Made by a program: the position numbers and the translations under genes. The notes under the pieces were generated by a model, which was not told the origin of the DNA, did not search any database, and saw only the letters and a list, made by a program, of their open reading frames with translations. From Octopus vulgaris (taxonomy: Eukaryota): a stretch of 64,000 nt of DNA. Location: assembly GCA_951406725.2 (NCBI GenBank), contig OX597818.1:100502001-100566000 (forward strand). Direction: 5' to 3'. How positions within the stretch are numbered: the first letter of the stretch is position 1; each line of letters opens with the position of its first letter. This document shows, piece by piece, positions 25,488 to 38,100 of this stretch.

Positions 25488-25707
25488 ACACGTGAGTATG
25501 TGTGTGTGTGTGTGTGTTTGTGTGTATATATGTATATGAACAATCTTTTAAAAACCGTGAAGTTGCTTCAAAGGAGGCGGGAATGTTTTGAAGTATAGAA
25601 TTGGTTTAAAGCCACATTATAACAGAAGAAACTCCTTTCATTCTGAAAGTAAGATATTTTGAGAGAATAACAGATATTGGAACTGTGGATTTATATACAG
25701 GCACACT

Positions 25708-25741
<34 letters not shown>

Positions 25742-25910
25742 ATATAAATACATATATATGTATATATATGCATAACTTTTCAATATACGTTCACATATAC
25801 AGTATAACGTATATGCCAGAATTAATCAATGTATACACGTACACTATACATATATATGTATGAATGTATGCATATAAATTTCTCTCTAGGTATGTGCACG
25901 GAGATATGTT

Positions 25911-25947
<37 letters not shown>

Positions 25948-25986
25948 GATAATTCATTCATCCATTTATATATATATTTATACACA

Positions 25987-26093
<107 letters not shown>

Positions 26094-26094
26094 G

Positions 26095-26378
26095 TAGGCG
26101 CTGGAGTTGCCGTGTGTTAAGTAGCTTGCTTACCAACCTCGTGGTTGAGGGTTCAGTCCACTACATGATACCTTGGGCAAGTGTCTTGTACTATAGTCTC
26201 GAGTCGACCAAAGCTTTGACGACCGACTGCTGGTGTGTTTACATCCCCGTATCTTAGCTGTTCGGCACGAGAATCTGATAGTATAAGTATTAGGATTCCA
26301 AACAATAAGTCCTCGGTTCGATTTGATCGACTTAAGAAGGTGCTCCAGCATGGCGCAGTCAAATGACTGATACAAATA
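26095..26378 (+). mobile_element. SINE family A lacking the central microsatellite
   Basis: Head, CCTTGGGCAAGTGTCTT core, joined directly to the 3' module and the CAGTCAAATGACTGA tail. Confidence 0.85.
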
Positions 26379-27183
26379 TAGGCAAATATACACAAATATA
26401 CACGAATAAGTGCATACGCGCTTAAGCACTCTCACACGCACACACAAAGGTATATAGGTCACGTTAGAAAGCTTGTGAATGAGATATAAATTGAAGGCGA
26501 AAACGGCTGTTGGTTGAGTGTGACTTGTGGGTGAGGAAAGAAGAGAAACAGAAGGAAAAAACGTAAGTAAAAAGAACGAATAAAGGAAGACACATAGGAA
26601 AAAAATATCGGCGAAGTCCTCGATATAGAGAGCATTAGACGCTGAAGTTAAAAATGAAGAGAGAAGCATAGTAGATTTGAGGAATAAATAGAGTGATATA
26701 TAAAATATATAAATTTTTCATATTTATAGTATGTATAATATAATACACACACACGCACACACACATACACACACAGGCATATAAGCAATTATAACAAATA
26801 TACAGGGCAGAAGTAATGGACATTTATAGAGAAAAAAGAAGTACGTGAAAAGAATGAGTTATAGATGAAAAGAAAGGATTTTAAAAAAGCGACGTAACGA
26901 TGATTGTAGTAAAAACCAACACATTTTTTAAATGAAAGGAGGGAGGGAAAGAGACAGAAAGGAAGAGATGTGTGTGGGCTAGGTTGAGAGCAAGAACGAG
27001 AGTGTTAGCCATAAAGATAAAAAAAAAAGACTAACGAAAAAGCAGCACAAATTATGTACTGACACAAATATGTAAAAACAATTCGGTAAGGTTATGTAAG
27101 AGCACTTAGAAATATGCATGAAAATACACGGATATGTTGGTTAATACGTAAGCATGCTCTTTTTTATATTGGCTTATTATTTC

Positions 27184-27461
27184 AGTGGTTAGTGGCGTTA
27201 TGAGTGTTTATTGAGTGAAAAAACCTAAAACTCCAACAGGCCCCGGCAGGGGCTATTGGCGACATGATGTATTCTTTCAACACAACATCCTCTCACGTTT
27301 TCCTCCTGTTTCCGTTGTACCTATATTTCAAAGGTACACTCTGTATCACGCTGAATCTCCCCTAGAAATATGTTAAGGGTACACTTGTTTGTGGGGTGCT
27401 CAGGCTCTTGCACGTTAACTTCACGAGCAGGGTGTTCCGTTGATCGTAACCGATGGAAGCC

Positions 27462-27463
<2 letters not shown>
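27184..27463 (+). mobile_element. Diverged SINE: family C body with the tail seen in 44053-44379
   Basis: GTGTTTATTGAGTGAAAAAACCTAAAACTCC (C body), then GTTAAGGGTACAC..TTCACGAGCAGGGTGTTCCGTTGATCGTAACCGA. Confidence 0.7.
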
Positions 27464-27503
<40 letters not shown>

Positions 27504-27802
27504 GACAAAAGACAGCCAGTCAAGCACAGGTGAACACTCCTGTCATAACCTGGGACCTTGAAGACTGCTATAGTGCAAGAAATTATACTAGTCCCTTAAT
27601 ATTTTATATTCAATATTTCATCTATTCAATAAGAGAATCTATACTTCATTTCATTTTATTATATATATTATTTATACTATATATTCTATATACTACATTA
27701 ATATCATAAAGACTATAAATAAAAACATAAAAAAACGACAGAGTTGGAATTTCTTTGAATAATGTATATCCCTCTAAACACAATCATATATATATATATA
27801 CA

Positions 27803-28219
27803 TTTTTACCCTTTTACTTGTTTCAGTCATTTGCGGCCATGCTGGAGCACCACCTTTAGTCAAGCAAATCGACCCCAGGAGTTATTCTTTGTAAGCTTAG
27901 TACTTATTCTATCAGGCTCTTTTGCCGAATCGCTAAGTTACGGGGACGTAAACACACCAGCATCGGTTGCCAATCGATGTTGGGAGGACAACACAGACAT
28001 ACAAACGCACACACACACACACACACACAGACACACGCATATATATATATACATATACATATATACGGGGGCTTCTTTCAGTTTCCGTCTACCAAATCCA
28101 ATCACAAGGCTTTTGTAGGCCCGAGACTATAGTAGAAGACACTTGCCCCAAGTGGGGCTTAACTCGGAACCATGTGGGTGGTAAGCAAGCTACTTACCAC
28201 AGAGCCACTTCTGCGCCTA
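27803..28219 (-). mobile_element. SINE family A, near full length
   Basis: Colinear with other family A copies on the reverse strand. Confidence 0.9.
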
Positions 28220-28344
28220 TTTATATATACATACACACATGTATACATACATACATGCATATATATATATATGTACAGGTGTGTATTTAAAGAGCTAAAA
28301 AACACTGTGGTCAGCCATATGCTAGAAGTAGAACACCTACGATC

Positions 28345-28792
28345 AAATTACAAAGAAAAGAATGTTCTCTAGAGAAAAATTCAGCGGTAACCAGAACAAT
28401 ATGCGGGCATGAATCACTTACATAATCTCTCGTCCGCAGGGCTCGTCAGTGCGATCGTTCCACATGTAATATATTTTGTAAAACTAACCATCCGTTTTCC
28501 GTATAAAACTCAGACATTTGAAATTAACTCCAATATAATCGGTGAAACTAAGCACGTGTCTGTTTTTATACGGAAAACAGGTGGTTAGTTTTATAAATTA
28601 TATTACTTGTGGAACGATCGCACTGACGAGCCCTACGGACGAGGGATTATGTAAGTGATTCATTCGTTAATAGGCGAGACCGCCGGTCTGCGTGTAATTC
28701 TTCTTTTTATATAATTTTCTTCTGTCTTGCTCGCATATTGTTCTAGTTACCGCTGAATTTTTCTCTAGAGAACATTCTTTTCTTTGTAGTTT
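28345..28792. mobile_element. About 450-bp fold-back element related to the 33790-34402 hammerhead element
   Basis: Outer arms CAAAGAAAAGAATGTTCTCTAGAGAAAAATTCAGCGGTAAC and its reverse complement. Inner arms 28409-28516 and 28556-28662. About 65 bp extra in the right arm. Confidence 0.88.
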
Positions 28793-28929
28793 CGAATGTA
28801 AATTTCGAATGGGTTATATCTGTGAAAAAACCCCAGAAAAATGGGTAATACGTGCTACTAAATGGATGTGGATGAAAAGTTGCCAACCGGTGGCTACACG
28901 AATTTCAACTCTATAGTATATAGTGTGTT

Positions 28930-29002
28930 CCACTATAGCCTCAAGACGACCAAGTCCTGTGAGTGTATTTGGTAAACGGGATGTGAAAGAAGGACGTCGC
29001 AT

Positions 29003-29042
<40 letters not shown>

Positions 29043-29180
29043 GGGGTAGTGCAATTAGATATATGTGTTTGTTTGTGTCAGTGCTTGCGTCCCCGTAACT
29101 TAGCGGTTCGGCAGAAGAGACTGATACAATAAGCACCAGGTTTAATTTAAGGAATCTGAGACAATTAAGAGAATAAAAGA
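28930..29180 (+). mobile_element. SINE family A, degenerate
   Basis: CTATAGCCTC..GACCAA..TGAAAGAAG..CGTCCCCGTAACTTAGCGGTTCGGCA. Confidence 0.75.
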
Positions 29181-29447
29181 ATACGAGAAGAACGTTCCGT
29201 GCCACAAAAACAAGAAGGTTCTTTGAATGCGTACGATGTATTTTAAGGCTTAATAGTAATTCTGTTTATGTTTACGTACCTGAGATATTTGGGTTGGATT
29301 ATATAGTTATTGGTTTTACACTTCTTTCTATATTCTGTAACTGTCACAATATAGAAACATTTCTCATGGCACCTGCACACAATTTACAGATGATTGCATT
29401 ATCTACGTTGTCGCTGAATGTTTCATGCTAGTTATTGTCAGTATCAC

Positions 29448-29456
29448 TATTATTGT

Positions 29457-29512
<56 letters not shown>

Positions 29513-29597
29513 TTATTATTACTGAATGAGAGAGCAGTATATGTCATCAAAGTGACACAGCGATAAAATTATTATTATTACAATAATAATAATAATA

Positions 29598-29649
<52 letters not shown>

Positions 29650-29742
29650 TATTATTATTATTATTATTATTATTATCATTATTGTTATTGTTGTTGTTGT
29701 TGCTGTTGTTGTTGTTGCTGCTGCTGCTGCTGTTGTTATTGT
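29448..29742. repeat. Trinucleotide cluster (TAC)n (AAT)n (ATT)n (GTT)n (GCT)n
   Basis: Direct reading. Confidence 0.9.
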
Positions 29743-30793
29743 TAGTATATTAGCGTGCTTATAATTAGTATTAATATTATTATAGTCTTATTATCATTAT
29801 ACTGATCATATTTATCGTTATGAATATTAGTTTCATTTTGAATATAAGCTTAATGTTTCATCTGAAATAGATTTTACTACAAATCGTAGCTAGTCGAGAG
29901 GTAACATATAATTTGTTACATTTTATGAAATTCAGTGTTGGCACGGAATTCAAACTGTATAAATGAATGGAGCCTGTCTACTGGAAATGAGAAAGATTGT
30001 GCATTTAAGCATATTTTCGGAGCTGGATCACGTTAGGTTGACTAAATATCATTCATTCCCACTTTTGTAAGTATACAACCGACAGAATTAATAGGAAAAT
30101 ATATTAAATAGATACTCCTATGCATATTTTAGGACAAAAACGAAATCAATATTCTCTGTTACCAAAAGCTCTGTTACTACAAAAGCCACCCGTTAATACG
30201 ATTATTAACAATGTATTCTACGCATTTGCAGTTTATGTAGAATATTGGCTGTTTGCCCAGCTTGCGTAATGTCACCAGCAATGTGGAGAGCATAAAATGC
30301 ATTCAAAAATGTAGAAATAGCAAGGCAGAAACCATATACCTGCAAATGCACTAAATTTGGATATTTCTAAAACTGCACTACTGCTAGGAAGGATGGAATT
30401 ATAGAGAGACAATTTTTGCCTGCAGTACGGTATGCCAGATTAACTATAGTCATGATAGTGGATAGATTTCGCTCCTGATATTTTTAAAAGATCTTCAGAT
30501 TCACCCATAGTGTTAGAATAACAAATGCTAAAATTCATCTGCTAGGGAAATCCCCACTGACGCGAAACATCGCTACATCGATGTCACCTGATGTTTATAC
30601 GTCGTGTACCTGCTGGTTACTGCAATGACACGGATATTAGAAGAAAAGTTTAAAAAAATAAATAACCAACTTAATTACTATTGTTACCGAACATTGAAGA
30701 AATAATCCAAACGTTGTCAGTAGCAAGCGAACGTTGACTAATTGACTGCAATGTACAAAACGGTTATCTTACTGACTATATATATATATGTAT

Positions 30794-30920
<127 letters not shown>

Positions 30921-30959
30921 AAAAAAGGTTTGAAAATGCAATTTAAACGATGTTTATTT

Positions 30960-31000
30960 ACTTAACCGGTTTCACTCTTTGGTAAAAGATTGTCAAAAGT
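30960..31000 (-). ncRNA. Minimal type I hammerhead, U3-A8 covariant core (left arm)
   Basis: Reverse complement of 32835-32875. Confidence 0.62.
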
Positions 31001-31569
31001 TACATTTAAGGAAACATTGAATAATATGGGTTCAAAAAAAGTTTTTTACATAATTGTCACATTGAATATTATGCATTCAAAAAAGTTTTTTACATAATTG
31101 TCACATTGGATATTATGAATTCAAAAATGTTTTTTTATACATAATTGTCACATTACATGTATAAATATAGTGTTTGGTAACAGAGAAGTTCAATAGTGTG
31201 ATGAGAATATTTGGGAAAATTTGGCAGAAAAGGATAAAACAAATATATTATTGGGGATTGGTTGCGTTAATTATTGGTTGTCGCAAATTGTCACATTACA
31301 TGTATATATATACAATCTTTGGTATATATATACAGCGTTTTGACAGCAAAAATTAAAATGGATTTTTTGTACATCTCAGAATATTTTAAGTATGTTTTTA
31401 CTGACCTGTCAGTATTAGCAGAAAGGCTGAACTGAGAGAACAGAAGAAGTAGCCAATTGGTGTATACTTCCCCTTTATGCATGAATGATTTTGGGGTTAT
31501 CAGGAGGTTAGTATGCGGGTGTGAATAGATGTGTCCGTGCCTGCTGGTCAGATAGCGTCTGTTTGTCAC

Positions 31570-31787
31570 ACACATATATATACACAGAAACACACACACG
31601 CACAACAACACACACACACACACACACATAGCATACAAACACACACCACATACAAACAACACACACACACACAGAACACACACACCCACACACAACGCAC
31701 CCACATATATCACAAATACACACAGCACACAAATATAACATGTATCTATATATAACATACACAGATATATAACACACATACACACAC

Positions 31788-31820
<33 letters not shown>

Positions 31821-32629
31821 CACACGCACACATACATACATAATATAAATATCACACAAATACACCTAGCATATATATACACACATACAATACACACATA
31901 CAGCATGTAAGTAATATACATACACAATATATGCATGCAATATACATACGCAATACATACATATAATATATATATATATATAGACAATGCATATACATAT
32001 ATACACATATACATATAAATAGTGTTTACATACACATACATAGATGTACCACATATACACACAACACACATACATACAATGCATACACATACACGTACGC
32101 ATACATATAATATATATATACACACACACACATAACATACATACACACACAATGCATACATATATATACACGCAATGCATATACATGTATTCATGCATAT
32201 ATAGCACACATACAATATACATATATACAGTGCACACATACACACAAATATATACACTTAATTGTACACGTACATATACAATACACATACATACAATATA
32301 CATATACACAATGCGCATGCAAATAATGTACATGTCTATACACACATAAACATGCAAATAAATATACACACACACACATACACACACACACACATATATA
32401 CACATATATATATATATATATATACACATACATACATACATACATACATGCACATACATATATTTTTTCACACACATACACACACATATATATATATAAA
32501 AAATTCACCCCCCCCACACACACAAATTACAAACCTATAGCGTACACACTCAAATATATCTCTACATGCCGCACACACACACAAACAAAGTACTAACATA
32601 TACACACATACCATGCATATACACACACA

Positions 32630-32684
<55 letters not shown>

Positions 32685-32720
32685 CAGATACATATGTAAA
32701 TACATACACACGTACACAAT
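31570..32720. repeat. Irregular A/C-rich (CA/TA/TACA) low-complexity tract
   Basis: Direct reading; strongly G-poor on the + strand. Confidence 0.9.
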
Positions 32721-32834
32721 GTGTGAGCATTTGAATGCATAATATTCAACTTTTTTGAATGCATAATATTCAATGTGACAATTATGTAAAAAACTTTTTT
32801 TGAACCCATATTATTCAATGTTTCCTTAAATGTA

Positions 32835-32875
32835 ACTTTTGACAATCTTTTACCAAAGAGTGAAACCGGTTAAGT
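32835..32875 (+). ncRNA. Minimal type I hammerhead, U3-A8 covariant core (right arm)
   Basis: ACTT-TTGACAA-tCTTTT(acca)AAGAGt-GAA-ACCGGT-T-AAGT. Palindromic stem III ACCGGT, GUU site. Confidence 0.62.
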
Positions 32876-32914
32876 AAATAAACATCGTTTAAATTGCATT
32901 TTCAAACCTTTTTT

Positions 32915-32986
<72 letters not shown>

Positions 32987-33254
32987 GAAATGAGGTAATC
33001 AGAAGATTGGATGGTTCATATTTACAGATATTTATTTATATATTACATTTTTTACATATATATATCATTCAGATCATATCATTCAGATCATTAGCGCTTT
33101 CTCCCATTCTAGTGGGGGTTTCATATCAAAATAATTCCTTTGTGGGGAATTTTAATCATTTTATAGAGTTAGTTTCGTAGTGGTGGGGAGGAACAAGACA
33201 GCACAAGAGGGTGAATTGGATGAGGAGGAAGTGAGAGAGAGAACATGTGTGTAT

Positions 33255-33285
<31 letters not shown>

Positions 33286-33609
33286 CGTTTGTATCTGATG
33301 CTAAAGGGAAAGAGGGGAAGGGAGAGGGAACAAGAAGGATTTCCTTTGGCCTGCTGGACCCCAAGGGAGTTCTAAGAATTTCAGCTTTGTCCATTTTCGT
33401 GTCACTGAGTGTGTGTTGGTGGGTAGGCAGGCCATAAATTACACCTTTTATGATTTTGAGGATGGTCAAATGCCATTTGGGGTCTAAGAACTCTTTCTAC
33501 TTTGTATGATCGTTTTGTGGTGGTGTGTGTGTGTGTCTCTGTGTGTCTGGAGAAGGGGAGAGAGACACAAAGAGAAAAGGGACAATAAAAATAAAAATAA
33601 ATATAAATA

Positions 33610-33611
33610 TA

Positions 33612-33694
<83 letters not shown>
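33610..33694. repeat. (AAT)n microsatellite
   Basis: Direct reading. Confidence 0.95.
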
Positions 33695-33789
33695 GGGAGG
33701 AAGGGGAGAAGAAAAAAAAATGTGTGTTGATATTTATACCACTACATATATATACACAGACTTATACATGAAATATATATATATAATTT

Positions 33790-34402
33790 AAAATTTAATA
33801 AGGGTAGACATTGATATTAATCAATTAAAACCAGTGGCCCAGCATATTAAAAAATCAGAAGATTAAAATATATTTACATACAAAATTTAAAGGACTGATC
33901 CCTTCAAAAAGTGGACGGTCAACATGCTAGATATAGACGTCAAATCACTATTTTCGACAAAGAATATGTTCTCAAATAAATACTCAGCACAAAAATAAGC
34001 ATTAAAAATAAAAATGATTACCTATGTACTGAATCAATTTCGATTATTAATATCCGCAAGGATAAACTGTAATCTCGTCAGCATGGTCTGTCATATAGAA
34101 ATACAATTTGCAGGTCTAGATGCAAAAACGTTTGACCGGAGTCTCGCATGCATGGAGTCCAACCGATTATATTTTTGTGTATCTTTCAAATGCCTTCACT
34201 TTGGCGCGCTGAGATCGGAAAATCCACCCAGCAGCTAATAAGTAGCAGCAGTCAATTTACCGGTTAGAGAATATATTTATTTAATTAAAAATTTAATAAG
34301 GGTAGAAATTGATATTAGTCAATTAAAACCAGTGGCCCAGCATATTAAAAAATCCGAAGATTAAAATATTTTTACATACAAAAATTTAAAGGACTGACCA
34401 CT
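33790..34402 (-). mobile_element. Retrozyme-like / Penelope pLTR-like element: about 497-bp unit plus about 112-bp direct terminal repeat
   Basis: 33790-33899 recurs at 34287-34398 (AAAATTTAATAAGGGTAGA..CCAGTGGCCCAGCATATTAAAAAATC..TTTAAAGGACTGA). TA-rich flanks; internal hammerhead. Confidence 0.78.
34020..34087 (-). ncRNA. Type I hammerhead ribozyme, fully canonical core
   Basis: Reverse strand: ACCATG-CTGACGA-GATTA..TATCC(ttgc)GGATA..TAATC-GAA-ATTG(att)CAGT-A-CAT(a)GGT. G10.1-C11.1 pair, GUA site, cleavage predicted between 34027 and 34026. Confidence 0.8.
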
Positions 34403-34454
34403 CATATATATATATTGTTATATTTCGCAATGGTCATTTCGCCAGTTCTTTTGC

Positions 34455-34520
<66 letters not shown>

Positions 34521-35452
34521 TGTATATATATATACGAATATCTAGCTATGTATCTATAACTTTTTTCTCACTACACACACACACACACTCATATATATAT
34601 ATATATATGAAGAATAATTCATTTAATACCGTGTATAGAGAAAATTCCTTCGCCACTTAATATATTTTCGTAAAATGATGGATGGCTTGCAAATGCATTA
34701 ATGTTTAAAGCAATAACGGAATACAATATACGTAGAGACAAATATCTAAAATCATATTCTACGTGAACGCAAACATAAATGTGTATCAAAAATGTCTCGT
34801 CTGAAAAGCAACTTGTGATTCTAGAACGCCACTTAGTAAAATAACTTGATTGATACAAGGAGCAATTTCAACAAAGCAAAACTGCTTAAATTATATCATT
34901 CATTACATAAACGAGAAGTGGGGTTAATTAATTTCGTAACTTTCAAGCGAACGATATATCATATCGAGGATTTTGATGGCATCTTCTGAAAAAAATTCAG
35001 AGAAAAGTTTGTAATATGAAAAATACAGCAAAACACTGGAAGAAATAAACAAGACAGTGTTAATGGAAATAAAATAACTTTTAATGAATAACTCGTAATG
35101 ATGTACATACACAAATACACCTTTCCTTACTGCTAAGTTTTTTCCGCATACGCAACCAACACAACTTGCTGCAAAGAACGGTCGATTCCTCTGGGTGTAG
35201 ACCGTTCCACGCATAAGTTCGCCTTGTCCTGTCTTTGATATCATTAATTCACCAAAGCGTTTCCCTCTTGCGAGATAATTTGCAATATTCTTCAGCTTTC
35301 TTGGGTGTGCGCATGTGTGATCTGAAACATAAACACGGACAATGCGTGAGTGTGTGAGTACTGGGTGTGGGTAGTTGTAAACTTTACTCATTCTCCCACG
35401 CTATTTCTTTCTCTCTCTCTCTCTCGCTCTAAGTATATATATATATATATAT

Positions 35453-35619
35453 ATATATAGAGGGCATTATACATACATGCCAGCGGGCATTATACATACA
35501 TGCCACACGCTAAGGTGGGATTAGTAATATTTTTGGTAGAAATGACTAATTGTCCCTCTTAGCGTGTGGCATGTATGTATAATGCCCGCTGGCATGTATG
35601 TATAATGCCCTCTATATAT
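35453..35619. repeat. Hairpin with perfect about 60-bp arms, each holding a tandem about 23-bp duplication
   Basis: GAGGGCATTATACATACATGCCAGCGGGCATTATACATACATGCCACACGCTAAG (35460-35514) and its reverse complement at 35558-35612. Confidence 0.9.
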
Positions 35620-35740
35620 AAATTAATATGTTCAATAAGAAATAATTATTTTCGAAATTTATTCTCTTATGAGGTTTTCACGCTATCTACCTGACAATTT
35701 CTTGTTAAGTTTTCCTTATTAAGTAGTTGTCCTTAATTGC

Positions 35741-35764
<24 letters not shown>

Positions 35765-35771
<7 letters not shown>

Positions 35772-35878
35772 TTCACGTGACCGACCAGTCCATCAGATGT
35801 AGTTACACATCGCTGGTCACAATGCGTTCGCATTGTTTTAGCCTTCGAATGACGCCACCCGCTGGCTAAGCGAGCAGG

Positions 35879-35881
<3 letters not shown>
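35765..35881 (-). mobile_element. SINE family C 3' end
   Basis: Reverse strand GAAGGCTAAAACAATGCGAACGCATTGTGACCAGCGATGTGTA..CTGGTCGGTCACG, as at 41730-41814. Confidence 0.8.
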
Positions 35882-35938
<57 letters not shown>

Positions 35939-35942
<4 letters not shown>

Positions 35943-36346
35943 AGTGGCTGTGTGGTAAGTAGCTTGTTTACCAACCACATGGTTCCGGGTTCAGTCCCAC
36001 TGCGTGACACCTTGGGCATATGTCTTCTACTATAGCCTCGAGTCGACCAAAGCCTTGTGAGTGGATTTGGTAGACGGAAACTGAAAGAAGCCCGTCGTAT
36101 ATATGCATATATATGTGTGTGTGTGTGTGTGTGTGTATGTTTGTGTGTCTGTGCTTGTCCCCCCAACGTCACTTGGCAATCGGTGCTGGTGTGTTTACGT
36201 CGCCGTAACCTAGCGGTTCGGGTAAAAGCGACCGATAGAATAAGTTCTAGGCTTACAAAAATAAGTCCTGGGGTTGATTTGCCCGACTAAAGGCGGTGCT
36301 CCAGCATGGCCACAGTCAAATGCCTGAAACAAGTCAAAGAGTAAAA

Positions 36347-36350
<4 letters not shown>
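35939..36350 (+). mobile_element. SINE family A, full length, well preserved
   Basis: Complete head, CORE-like block, (TA)(TG) linker, 3' module and tail. Confidence 0.93.
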
Positions 36351-36408
<58 letters not shown>

Positions 36409-37089
36409 CACTGTAAGCTTTCATTTAATCAAGATATCTTTGGCTTGAAAAGTAGCCTGCGGTATACGTCTCGCATGGATATTTACCACTTCCGATGTTC
36501 CTCTCTCTATGAAACATATTTAGTCCGGATATTATCTACTCCATTCCTGTACTCTTGTATTGTTATTCGCATATCCGACATTTCTGGTTGCCTACCGAGA
36601 CATATAAAAATAACTTTTTTCCAATTTATCGTACTTTACAACCTTACGTCTCAATAAACCATTACTACACATGAAAGTTGTGTTTTCTTGAAGTTAACTT
36701 GACCCTTAGATCTTATATATGTGTGTGTGTCACTCAGTCTCTCTCTCTCTCTCTGTATGTGTGCAATTGTGCGTGTGTGTTTATGTGTATGTACATGCAC
36801 GCACACAAACAAACACACTCACAAGCGCACACACACACACATATATAATCAAGTGAATTATAACCTACAATGGGTAATTGCCAGCTCATTACATCTTTTT
36901 CAGTAGAAGAATGAGAACAATGCTCAGTTTGATGCATACTATCCATAGGCCGAAAGAATATAGGCAATTACAGGCCGCCCAGAAAGCATTAAATAGCTAA
37001 AGTATTAAAATTAATCAAAAGGATATATTAAGTATGCCTACCTGCTGGAAATTATAATCATTCAGCTATTTATGTATATATATATATAT

Positions 37090-37492
37090 ACTCTTTTACT
37101 TGTTTCAGTCACTTGACTGCGGCTATGCTAGAGCACCGCCTTTAATCGAGCAACTCGAACCCGGAACTTATTCTTTTTTCTTTTGGGAAGCCCAGTACTT
37201 ATTCTATCGGTCTCTTATGCCGAACCGCTAGATAACGGGGACATAAACACACCAGCATCAGTTGTCAAGCAATACTAGGGGGACAAACACAGACACACAA
37301 ACACACACACGCATATATATATACATATATACGACGGGCTTCTTTCAGTTTCCATCTACCAAATCCACTCACAAGGCTTTGGTCGGCCCGAGGCTATAGT
37401 AGAAGACACTTGCCCAAGGTGCCACGCATTGGGACTGAACCCGGAACCATGTGGTTGGTAAACAAGCTACTCACCACACAGCCACTACTGCG

Positions 37493-37496
<4 letters not shown>
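37090..37496 (-). mobile_element. SINE family A, full length
   Basis: Reverse-strand match to 35939-36350. Confidence 0.93.
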
Positions 37497-37540
<44 letters not shown>

Positions 37541-37950
37541 TCTTTATATATGTAAGGAGAGAGAGAGATAGAGTTAGAGAGAGAGAATGATGTAGATAAA
37601 ATAGATAAATAGATAGATTGATAAAAGAAAAACAGACATGGGACCTATCCTATATTGGATCTGAAGCTTGCATTGGATCGTAAACATGCCTGTGTGCATG
37701 TGCATACGTTCACATGTATATGTATATTTATATGCGTGTGTATATATGTACATGCCTATATAGGTGTATAATTATGTCAGTACACGGACGGCTCTATACA
37801 GATGTATTTCTATATAGTATATACACTTATGTGCCGAGCTCAACCCTCATTTCGTATCCGGAATATTAAAATTCCTTGCTTCAAGGAAAGTTAGATCGAT
37901 AGATCGATAGAAATATATAGGTATTAATGTGTAAGGTAAGTTCTATATTA

Positions 37951-38022
37951 TCCCATGTGGTCTAGTGGTTAGGATTCCTGGCTTTCACCCAGAAAGCCCG
38001 GGTTCGATTCCCGGCAGGGGAA
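37951..38022 (+). tRNA. tRNA-Glu-TTC: tRNA-Glu(TTC), probably a pseudogene or retrocopy
   Basis: TCCCATGTGGTCTAGTGGTTAGGATTCCTGGCTTTCACCCAGAAAGCCCGGGTTCGATTCCCGGCAGGGGAA, 72 nt with intact A and B boxes and anticodon TTC. Mismatches at A5.G68 and C27.A43. A T5 run follows at 38030-38034. Confidence 0.88.
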
Positions 38023-38035
38023 CTTGCTCTTTTTC

Positions 38036-38100
38036 TAATGGCGGTGCCCCAGCATAGCCACAGCTCGTGAGCTGAAACCAGATAAAACAAAAAAATAATA
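38036..38100 (+). mobile_element. Isolated 3' tail of the CR1-group LINE
   Basis: AATGGCGGTGCCCCAGCATAGCCACAGCTCGTGAGCTGAAAC matches 43438-43479 with about 2 differences, followed by an A-rich end. Confidence 0.88.

Noticed and set aside
30200-30520. Possible Gypsy integrase remnant (YGMPD..DSG)
   Set aside because: Too degenerate to support by eye.
33085-33130. Minus-strand CCCA(ctagaa)TGGG-A-GAAAGCGCTA, hammerhead 3' half
   Set aside because: No CUGANGA core. The same problem affects partial motifs near 35255-35300(-), 46215-46255(+) and 49915-49945(-).
33161-33469. ORF MTILKIIKGVIYGLPT..
   Set aside because: Runs into (CA)n and purine/pyrimidine tracts; no recognisable domain.
34924-35391. 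155-aa minus-strand ORF with ordinary composition
   Set aside because: No recognisable motif, and no splice or codon evidence that I can support.
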